Made by a program: the position numbers and the translations under genes
Assembly (NCBI RefSeq): GCF_029023825.1
Contig: NZ_CP118957.1
Coordinates: 1,571,794-1,635,793 of the forward strand
Direction: 5' to 3'
From: Enterococcus saccharolyticus subsp. saccharolyticus
GTDB lineage: Bacteria; Bacillota; Bacilli; Lactobacillales; Enterococcaceae
Length of the DNA stretch: 64,000 nt
Shown: piece after piece, positions 1 to 6,547 of the stretch
Position numbering within the stretch: the first letter of the stretch is position 1
Layout of the letters: the number at the start of each line of letters is the position of its first letter
Notes under the pieces: generated by a model
Databases searched by the model: none
The model's input: the letters and a program-made list of their open reading frames with translations, nothing else
What the model was told of the DNA's origin: nothing

Positions 1-127
1 CTCCTTTTATGAAAGCATAAATGTTTTATACAACAGTAAATACTTAAGATAGTTCAGAACAATATTTTCTATATTATATAAAAAACAAACAATTTTCTCT
101 TTTTAAAGGAAACTTAATAAATAATGA

Positions 128-157
128 ACGTTCAGGACAAGATATTCAACGTTTGGG
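128..157 (+). promoter_or_regulatory. Two 9-bp direct repeats ACGTTCAGG (128-136) and ACGTTTGGG (149-157) separated by 12 bp; putative LytTR-type response-regulator binding site. An extended -10 TGgTATATA at 186-194 follows with no good -35.
   Basis: Read directly from the sequence. The same repeat, spacing and distance to the extended -10 recur at 2425-2491. Confidence 0.55.
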
Positions 158-221
158 CTATAAATGGTTTCTAGGGTTTATTTTGTGGTATATATTATTC
201 ATTAGTTCAAGGAGGTTTTAT

Positions 222-713
222 ATGAAAAAATTATTATTGTTATTTGCTTTTACTACTTTCACTGTTTTTGGTGTGCTATCTGAGGTAAATGCAGAAGAAC
301 TATCTGTAGATTTAAACAGCAGTTATGCTTCTACAGATATAAAAAATGATGAAGGTGAAATTATTGGTCAATTGGTAGTTTCTGAAGAAATTCCATCTAC
401 GAGTTTTTCTACCAGAAGTTATATTGATCAAGCATTGTCAAATAAAACATTTGACGTTAAGTTTATTGGTGTAACAGCAAATTTTGGATACAAAGTAACT
501 GTAAAGAACAAAAAAATTACAAATGCTTACGGGGCTTGGTCAAACGGTATTATTTGGAGTACTGACTTAGGAAAACCTTATTTTACCTCAACTACATCAG
601 GCGTAAAAGGTAAAACCAGTTTCGGTATCAGCGATTTTAGTTTCAATACAACAGTTAGGCTCAAAGGAAATATTGTTGACAATCGACTAAAAACATACCT
701 TTCATTTTCATAA
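222..713 (+). CDS. Secreted protein of unknown function, 163 aa, with a Sec-type signal peptide (MKKLLLLFAFTTFTVFGVLSEVNA).
   Basis: ATG at 222 preceded by a strong RBS AAGGAGG (210-215). The track ORF begins at an upstream TTG (153) that lacks an RBS. N-terminal hydrophobic signal with an AEE cleavage-like site. Confidence 0.7.
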   Translation: MKKLLLLFAFTTFTVFGVLSEVNAEELSVDLNSSYASTDIKNDEGEIIGQLVVSEEIPSTSFSTRSYIDQALSNKTFDVKFIGVTANFGYKVTVKNKKITNAYGAWSNGIIWSTDLGKPYFTSTTSGVKGKTSFGISDFSFNTTVRLKGNIVDNRLKTYLSFS

Positions 714-734
714 CTAGAAATTGGTGGTGTTAAA

Positions 735-902
735 ATGATTTATGCTTACATTACAGGGCTGATTATAATTCTTATTCTAGTCTTCGTATCATTTAATTTA
801 AAACAGAAACATCAAAATAAAGGATTCACAGTGCTATTTTATCTAGTTTTAGTTGTCTTGGTAGCCTATTTGTTACCATCAGTTTCTTATCTTTTTCTAT
901 AA
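735..902 (+). CDS. Small hydrophobic protein, 55 aa, two predicted TM helices, co-transcribed with 222..713.
   Basis: ATG at 735 after GGTGGTG, 21 bp downstream of the preceding stop. Sequence MIYAYITGLIIILILVFVSF...VLFYLVLVVLVAYLL is strongly hydrophobic. A terminator follows immediately. Confidence 0.45.
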   Translation: MIYAYITGLIIILILVFVSFNLKQKHQNKGFTVLFYLVLVVLVAYLLPSVSYLFL

Positions 903-911
903 TATAAACAA

Positions 912-946
912 CCTCCACGCCTTTATCATCAGCGTGGGGGTTTTTA
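912..946. terminator. Bidirectional rho-independent terminator: hairpin CCTCCACGC...GCGTGGGGG followed by a T-run.
   Basis: GC-rich inverted repeat, then TTTTT on the plus strand and an A-run before it for the minus strand. Sits between the plus-strand operon and the convergent SH3 gene. Confidence 0.7.
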
Positions 947-973
947 TAAGCAAAACACAACACGGTTATTTTA

Positions 974-1216
974 TTAAACTACTGCGACATAACGCACTTT
1001 ACCACTACCACTAATATATTTAAGCCATACATACCCATCCGCAATCACTTTTCCTATATAAGTTATAGTATCACCTGAATGATACACAGCTACCACACTA
1101 TGCCCCAATCCAGGTTTTGTTCTTACGTTGGTAGCCACTGTAAATTTGTAGGTGCCTTTATTAGGTAGATTTTCACCTTTTAACAATGGTCTGCTAGGTG
1201 TGTTTGTCTTTGACAC
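974..1216 (-). CDS. Stand-alone SH3_5 (bacterial SH3) cell-wall-binding domain protein, 80 aa; likely remnant of a phage endolysin C-terminus.
   Basis: The motif NVRTKPG...YHSGDTITY.GKVIADGYVWLKYISGSGKVRYVAV matches the SH3_5 pattern of Firmicute phage lysin C-terminal domains. No catalytic domain is present upstream. Confidence 0.6.
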   Translation of the reverse strand: MSKTNTPSRPLLKGENLPNKGTYKFTVATNVRTKPGLGHSVVAVYHSGDTITYIGKVIADGYVWLKYISGSGKVRYVAVV

Positions 1217-1375
1217 ACCTTTATTAACAATTTTTCATAAATATACATAATGTATATTGAACTGTATTGCTGCGTCTTCCATAGAACTTTTTTCAGTGTA
1301 CCTATTATAGCAAATTTTCTGAAAAAACGTGAAGTATTATTATTCATTTTTACTAAAAAAATAAGAATTGTAGTA

Positions 1376-1405
1376 TTGACAAATATCCAAATAAAAAGTA
1401 AGATT
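1376..1405 (+). promoter_or_regulatory. Sigma-A-type promoter for the tRNA: TTGACA (1376-1381), 18-bp spacer, TAAGAT (1400-1405).
   Basis: Consensus -35 and a near-consensus -10, about 14 nt upstream of the mature tRNA 5-prime end. Confidence 0.5.
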
Positions 1406-1418
1406 TTAACTGTTATTG

Positions 1419-1501
1419 CGGACGTGTTGGAATGGCAGACAAGCATGATTGAGGGTCATGTGAGCGTACGCTCGTGTGGGTTCAAGTCCCATCGTCCGCA
1501 T
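1419..1501 (+). tRNA. tRNA-Leu, anticodon GAG, class II with a long variable arm.
   Basis: Acceptor stem GCGGACG/CGTCCGC. D-stem TTG/CAA. Anticodon stem CATGA/TCATG with loop TTGAGGG, giving anticodon GAG and G37. A 15-nt variable arm, T-arm GTGGG-TTCAAGT-CCCAT and discriminator A. No encoded CCA. Confidence 0.85.
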
Positions 1502-1509
1502 AGTAAAAC

Positions 1510-1550
1510 CCCATTACTTATAAATTAGGTAATGGAGTTTTTATTTTTTC
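1510..1550 (+). terminator. Rho-independent terminator after the tRNA: CCATTAC...GTAATGG followed by a T-run.
   Basis: Hairpin at 1512-1536 followed by TTTTTATTTTTT. Confidence 0.7.
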
Positions 1551-1622
1551 TTATATATAATCTGATAGCACTTTTTTAATTTGGTATTGTTTTTCTAAAA
1601 TGGAATCATTTTTTTATGTAAG

Positions 1623-2148
1623 CTATCTTATTTTCTTGTAGTTGTCGTAAACATAAACAAACATACCTTGACCATAATAATCATCGCTACTAGATTCTTC
1701 TCTCATAAAAGTAAAGCCATTTTTTCTAACACTCGCTGTGATCCCAAATTTCCTTTTAATACTCTTCCCTGTAAATACATTATTTTCAATTCTTCTGAAA
1801 CAAATTCCACCATTGCTTGAACTGCTTCTGTAGCATATCCTTGGTTACAATAAGCTTCGCAAATACTGTAACCAATCTCTATTTGATCTGTTATTCCATC
1901 AACAACATTCATTCCAATATTCCCAATTAATAGTTTATTTTCCTTACAAAAAATCCCTAAAACATATGGCAGCTTCTTCTTATTCACACAATCAGAAAAA
2001 AATCAATTGCGTGAGCCGCTTCATCTAAATCTTGGTAAACTTTATTAGGTATCCAATGTTTTAAGGAGGGGTCACGATGATTTTGATAAAATGGGACGAC
2101 TTCTTTTTTCGTTAATTGCTTTAACACTAAGCGTTTAGAGACAAGCAT
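1623..2148 (-). pseudogene. GNAT-family N-acetyltransferase (RimL/RimJ-like, intact length about 174 aa) disrupted by two frameshifts, each inside a homopolymer run.
   Basis: Frame 1: ATG at 2148 with RBS GGAGG, reading MLVSKRLVLKQLTKKEVVPFYQNHRDPSLKHWIPNKVYQDLDEAAHAIDFF, then stop at 1984-1986 just after a T7 run (A7 on the plus strand, 1996-2002). Frame 2: the track ORF 1703..1987, ...GYATEAVQAMVEF...QRVLEKMALLL. Inserting one A into the A6 run at 1720-1725 restores LEKNGFTFMREESSSDDYYGQGMFVYVYDNYKKIR, which ends at 1623. All three segments look like one GNAT fold. Confidence 0.6.
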
Positions 2149-2161
2149 AACTCAACCTCCT

Positions 2162-2197
2162 TATATAGACAATTTTACATAGGTAATTGTCTATATA
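2162..2197. promoter_or_regulatory. Perfect 13-bp inverted repeat TATATAGACAATT-N10-AATTGTCTATATA (36-bp palindrome), immediately upstream of the RBS and start of the GNAT pseudogene; putative operator.
   Basis: Arm 2162-2174 is the exact reverse complement of 2185-2197. No flanking T-run, so not a terminator. It overlaps TATATA hexamers that could be the -10. Confidence 0.5.
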
Positions 2198-2424
2198 AGT
2201 AAGCAATGTAAGTAACACAACGAATGCTAAGAGCATTGGAATAATGATATCAATTATTGGTTTTATCAATAGAATCAGTTGACTTCTCTACGAACACTGT
2301 TGTTCTCTATTGTATATAATTATCTTTTTGCACGTTTCATTATCCATTATATGATATTTTGCTAAATTGAACGAATCATATTTTTTAGTTAATACTTATG
2401 AATTTGAAATCAAACAATTGTATG

Positions 2425-2454
2425 ACGTTCAGGCATAAATTTACGACGTTTACG
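2425..2454 (+). promoter_or_regulatory. Second copy of the direct-repeat site: ACGTTCAGG (2425-2433), 12 bp, ACGTTTACG (2446-2454). An extended -10 TGgTAATCT at 2483-2491 follows.
   Basis: Left repeat identical to site 1, same 12-bp spacer, and the same 31-bp gap between the right repeat and the -10 hexamer. Confidence 0.55.
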
Positions 2455-2601
2455 ACATAAATAGTTTTAAGACTCCAAAACATGGTAATCTGAACAGTAA
2501 GATACCTTTATTAAGCATTCGATAACATTTACACTATACCTAACCTCTCACATTTCGAAAAATACTCCACTATTATCCTAATAAAGAAACGAGGTTTTTA
2601 A

Positions 2602-3444
2602 ATGAAAAAAATTTTTATAAGTAGTTTGTTAATAACTTTTGCTACCGTTTTCTTGGTCGGTTGCGATAAAAACGAAACAGTGAACAACTCCGCCACAAAT
2701 TCAGCCATTTCTGTAAGTGATCATTCAAGTGAAGAATCAACTACTACAGAATCAATTACAGCAACAACCATGAATTTGGAAAACAAGACGATCGAAACAA
2801 CTATTCAAAAATCAACTGTACAATCAACCGTTGCATCTTCAACGATTGAACCAACACTTGCTGATTTTGTCGGTGGCTGGGGACTTCCTCAAACAGATAT
2901 ATTATTTTTCATAGCGAATGACGGATCGTTTGCTACTGCCACTGCTGGTCCTAATGATACTCCCCCATCTTATCCGAATTATTCATTTCGTTTTAATACA
3001 GATGGCAAACCAGTAATGACCATGACAAGCGACACTGGAACAACAGATTTTATTTTAGAACCCGATGGTACGTTAACTATCGATGGTAACACTTATATTT
3101 ATCTAGGAAATTATACTCGTGAGGGATTTACAGCTGCCAAAATTGCCGAATACCAAGCAGCTGAACAAGAACATGCAGCTACTGCAGACTCCACTTCTTT
3201 TAATGAAGTGCCGATGGATTCGTTTGGTGCAATTGAGTCAGCCAAAAGCTATCTGGCTGGTGGTGGTAACACGACGCAATTTGATAATTACACATTTACT
3301 GATACTAATGGTTTAATGACTGATGAATCTGGTAGATCCTATTATTCCATTATGATACGTCAAAATGGTGGAAATGGGATGAAATCGATGGCTATTGGTA
3401 TCATCAACGTTTATACTGATAACGGTGAATGTGTTTGGCAATAA
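2602..3444 (+). CDS. Lipoprotein of unknown function, 280 aa, with a Ser/Thr-rich linker and a C-terminal globular domain.
   Basis: ATG with RBS GAGGT. Signal peptide ending in lipobox FLVGC (Cys21). Low-complexity T/S-rich segment from about residue 30 to 95. Confidence 0.75.
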   Translation: MKKIFISSLLITFATVFLVGCDKNETVNNSATNSAISVSDHSSEESTTTESITATTMNLENKTIETTIQKSTVQSTVASSTIEPTLADFVGGWGLPQTDILFFIANDGSFATATAGPNDTPPSYPNYSFRFNTDGKPVMTMTSDTGTTDFILEPDGTLTIDGNTYIYLGNYTREGFTAAKIAEYQAAEQEHAATADSTSFNEVPMDSFGAIESAKSYLAGGGNTTQFDNYTFTDTNGLMTDESGRSYYSIMIRQNGGNGMKSMAIGIINVYTDNGECVWQ

Positions 3445-3447
3445 ACT

Positions 3448-3489
3448 AAAACAAGACTTCCAATGTAAACTGGAAGTCTTGTTTTTTTC
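3448..3489 (+). terminator. Rho-independent terminator of the lipoprotein gene: ACAAGACTTCCA...TGGAAGTCTTGT followed by TTTTTTT.
   Basis: Perfect 12-bp stem followed by a T-run. Confidence 0.8.
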
Positions 3490-3491
3490 CA

Positions 3492-3526
3492 TAAAAAAGT
3501 CAACTACCTAAATGATAGTTGACTAG
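3492..3526 (-). terminator. Rho-independent terminator of the csp gene: GTCAACTA...TAGTTGAC followed by a T-run on the minus strand.
   Basis: Inverted repeat at 3500-3523 with an A-run on the plus side (T-run on minus). Confidence 0.7.
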
Positions 3527-3530
3527 AAAA

Positions 3531-3731
3531 TTAACCTTTAACGATGTTTGTTGCTTGAGGTCCACGTTGACCTTCTTCAATATCAAAAGTCACTGCTTGA
3601 CCTTCTTCTAAAGTTTTGAAACCTTCACCTTGGATAGCTGAGAAGTGTGCAAACACATCTGTTCCATTTTCTGCTGTGATAAAGCCAAAACCTTTATCTG
3701 AGTTAAACCATTTTACTGTACCGTTATTCAT
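3531..3731 (-). CDS. csp: Cold-shock protein, CspA family, 66 aa.
   Basis: [18 protein letters not shown]...VFAHFSAIQ carries the RNP1/RNP2 motifs of the cold-shock domain. Confidence 0.95.
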   Translation of the reverse strand: MNNGTVKWFNSDKGFGFITAENGTDVFAHFSAIQGEGFKTLEEGQAVTFDIEEGQRGPQATNIVKG

Positions 3732-3910
3732 AACGTACCTCCAAATTACACATCATGTGTGTTTATTTTGTAATAACGAGTGAAGTGCAAATAGAAGTGC
3801 GTATCATTTTTTATAAAGATAAACATATTATAGTTACATATCAAAAAGTATTACTTACATAGTATAACATGGATATTTAGCGAATGCAACTTAAATCGCT
3901 TTACTTCTTC

Positions 3911-4561
3911 TTATTTTTTCTTTGAATTCGCACGATACTGACTTCTTGTCATTTTAACGGACGGATTAGAATTAAACTTACGAACAGCTGGATCAGAATC
4001 TTTGCGTGCTTGATAGGCAGCAGGTTCTGTATCAAATAACATGTATTCTTCTTTCTCCATCGATTCCATCAATTCTTCTTCTGAAACAGCCGAAGTGTGT
4101 TCATCAGGTATGATGGATGCAGGAATGTATTTAGGAACAAACGGAGACTTTTCAACTGGTTCTTTCGTAATCGTTGGTCGTGTTGTTTCTGTACGCTTCT
4201 CTGTCACTTGATACGTACTATGCGCCACTGTATCACCAAATAAACGTTTTTTCCCTGTTGGTGTAACTTCTGGTTGATAGCGTTTATTATAGTCTGGGAG
4301 ATTTTTACGATGCTTGCTTAGTTCTTCTTTTTGGCGAATACTTTGCCCTGCTTTCCCCTGACTCACACGAGGTGAGCGACGGAGAGCACGTTCTGCCGTA
4401 CTTTCAACAGGTTGTGGATGCTTGGCAGCTTCAGTAATAATCCAATTATCATCACTTTTAAAAGTTGGACGATTATTTTTAGGTTGTAATTTCACACCTG
4501 CATCGTCTGCATAGGCTGGAAAACGAGCATGCTTCCGTTTAATTTCTTCATATTTGACCAT
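3911..4561 (-). CDS. Hypothetical protein, about 216 aa, highly basic and charged, predicted intrinsically disordered.
   Basis: Start chosen at MVKYEE, 9 nt after AAGGA; the track's GTG at 4603 lacks an RBS. Low-complexity K/R/E/P/T-rich composition with no recognisable domain. Confidence 0.45.
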   Translation of the reverse strand: MVKYEEIKRKHARFPAYADDAGVKLQPKNNRPTFKSDDNWIITEAAKHPQPVESTAERALRRSPRVSQGKAGQSIRQKEELSKHRKNLPDYNKRYQPEVTPTGKKRLFGDTVAHSTYQVTEKRTETTRPTITKEPVEKSPFVPKYIPASIIPDEHTSAVSEEELMESMEKEEYMLFDTEPAAYQARKDSDPAVRKFNSNPSVKMTRSQYRANSKKK

Positions 4562-4633
4562 TTCTTTCATTCCTTTTATCACGATTTTTTTTAATGATAC
4601 CACAAATAATAAGGCTTCAACAGTTCTAATCCC

Positions 4634-4670
4634 AAAAAAACAGAGGCAGATAATTTGTCTGCACTCTGTT
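4634..4670 (-). terminator. Rho-independent terminator downstream of the GH13 gene (end of the glg operon).
   Basis: Minus-strand CAGAGTGCAGAC...TCTGCCTCTG followed by TTTTTTT. Confidence 0.75.
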
Positions 4671-4675
4671 TCATC

Positions 4676-6547
4676 TTATACAAGTTGTAATTGTTCTTGA
4701 TTCATATGGAATCGTTCCATTTTTTCTTTTTTCTCTTTACTGCTGATAAAAATATAACTATTTTCAGCAACTGCACGGCCCGTTAACCGACGACGAACTT
4801 CTTGAATTAGTGGTGTTTCCTCTGCAATAAATGTCAATTCTTCTACAACACGTTTTGGATAGTTTGTTGGATTCATTAACGCTGCCACATACTCGTCACC
4901 ATCTCTTCTTAAAATCCCAAATAACTCGTCCGTGAAAAAGAAACTTAAATCACCATGAACCAATACCTCATAATCGTTACGACGTTCTACCCATTTACGA
5001 CAACTGTCATAAATTTCACGATTCATTTGATTCCATGGGAAAAATTTACGATTTTCAGGATCTTTTGCACCAGTCAATCCGGCTTCATCCCCATAATAAA
5101 TACAAGGTACACCAGGAGACAAGAACATAAATCCAAAGGCTAAATCTAATTTTTTCGTATGATTGCCAACCATTGTTAAAATACGCTCTGTGTCATGCGT
5201 ACCAATGTTATTTAGATTGTTATAAAAAATATCACGTGGATAATTTTCATATAATCGTGTCAATGATTTAGCAATTTGTTCTGGTGAGCTTTTTTCATTA
5301 AGCAAATCAATGGCACTATCACGTAATGGATAGTTCATGACACCTTGTAAATGATCTCCTAGAATATATTCTCGGCGAACATCGTAAGATACTTTATTCG
5401 AAGCATCTTCCCAAACTTCACCAATCAACACTCGGTCTTCATAATTGTTTAAATTTTTTCGAATTCCGGCAATAAATTCATCGGGCAATTCATCGGCAAC
5501 ATCTAAACGCCAACCATCTACACCAAATTGATTCCACTTTGTTAAGACACTATTTTCTTCTCCAAAAATGAACTTTTGGAATTCTGGATCATGTTTATTG
5601 ATTTCTGGTAAATCCTTAATTCCCCACCATGATTCATACTCTTGAGGATAATTGATAAAGTTAAACCAAGAGAAATACTCACTGTGACGATTTTGGAACG
5701 CACCTATATTTGTTCCATATGAACCACTTGCATTAAAATAACGACTATTTTGTCCGACATGACTAAATACACCATCTAAGATAAGATGCATGTCATTTAT
5801 GTGTAAAGCATCGATTAATTCTTTAAAATCTTCTTCTGTACCTAAAACAGGGTCAATTTTAAAGTAATCAGATGTATCGTAGCGATGGTTGCTACAAGCT
5901 TCAAAGATAGGATTGAGGTAGATACCTGTAACACCTAACTCTTTTAAGTACGGAATTTTTTTTATGATTCCTTGAAGATTGCCTCCAAAAAAATCCCAAC
6001 GTAAAATATCGCCATTTGAACCTTTAACATATAAAGGTTCGTCTTCTTCTGTTGCATAAATAAATGTATTGGGTTTTGGTGAATTCACTTTTTTATCTGG
6101 ATTCCCGTTGTAAAAACGGTCTGGAAAAATTTGATAAAAAACACCATTACGATACCAATCAGGTGTACATTCTGCCGATTGGTAACAAGTAATTTGAAAA
6201 TCCCAAATAGTTGCAGGACGATCATATAAACGACCTTCTCCACCTTGTTCACTTGCGCCATAATATTCAATAAATACCTGATCATTGACTTTTGTATGCA
6301 CTTCAAAATGATAAAAGTAAAGTCCTTTTCCTTGATTGAAAAAGTACTCATACGAATATAGACCTTCTTCTTGTTTTTCCATAAAAATACGTTGCTCTGG
6401 TTGATGATCCTTGTGCATGACCAAATACACTTGTAAAATGTCCTCGGCGATTACCTCAATAGATAATCGCGCGAGTCCGTTTTCTTTTACTGCTCCAAAA
6501 GGGTGTTTATAGTAACTTTGCCAAGGATTAAAACGAATTAAAGACAT
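4676..6547 (-). CDS. GH13 alpha-amylase-family enzyme (neopullulanase / maltogenic amylase / cyclomaltodextrinase-like), last gene of the glg operon.
   Basis: GH13 catalytic signatures: DGWRLDVADE (nucleophile region), EVWED and NIGTHD-like motifs. Start placed at MSLIRF (6547) with RBS GAGGG, overlapping the glgP end by 20 nt. The alternative start is 6610. Confidence 0.8.
   Translation of the reverse strand: MSLIRFNPWQSYYKHPFGAVKENGLARLSIEVIAEDILQVYLVMHKDHQPEQRIFMEKQEEGLYSYEYFFNQGKGLYFYHFEVHTKVNDQVFIEYYGASEQGGEGRLYDRPATIWDFQITCYQSAECTPDWYRNGVFYQIFPDRFYNGNPDKKVNSPKPNTFIYATEEDEPLYVKGSNGDILRWDFFGGNLQGIIKKIPYLKELGVTGIYLNPIFEACSNHRYDTSDYFKIDPVLGTEEDFKELIDALHINDMHLILDGVFSHVGQNSRYFNASGSYGTNIGAFQNRHSEYFSWFNFINYPQEYESWWGIKDLPEINKHDPEFQKFIFGEENSVLTKWNQFGVDGWRLDVADELPDEFIAGIRKNLNNYEDRVLIGEVWEDASNKVSYDVRREYILGDHLQGVMNYPLRDSAIDLLNEKSSPEQIAKSLTRLYENYPRDIFYNNLNNIGTHDTERILTMVGNHTKKLDLAFGFMFLSPGVPCIYYGDEAGLTGAKDPENRKFFPWNQMNREIYDSCRKWVERRNDYEVLVHGDLSFFFTDELFGILRRDGDEYVAALMNPTNYPKRVVEELTFIAEETPLIQEVRRRLTGRAVAENSYIFISSKEKKEKMERFHMNQEQLQLV

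Noticed and set aside
153-221. Upstream TTG-initiated extension of the secreted-protein ORF (MGYKWFLGF...)
   Set aside because: No RBS, the encoded stretch overlaps the promoter elements, and a strong RBS plus ATG lies at 222. Treated as a non-coding promoter region.
1180-1528. ORFs of 88 and 92 aa overlapping the tRNA-Leu gene and its promoter
   Set aside because: They overlap a confidently folded tRNA, have odd composition and no RBS.
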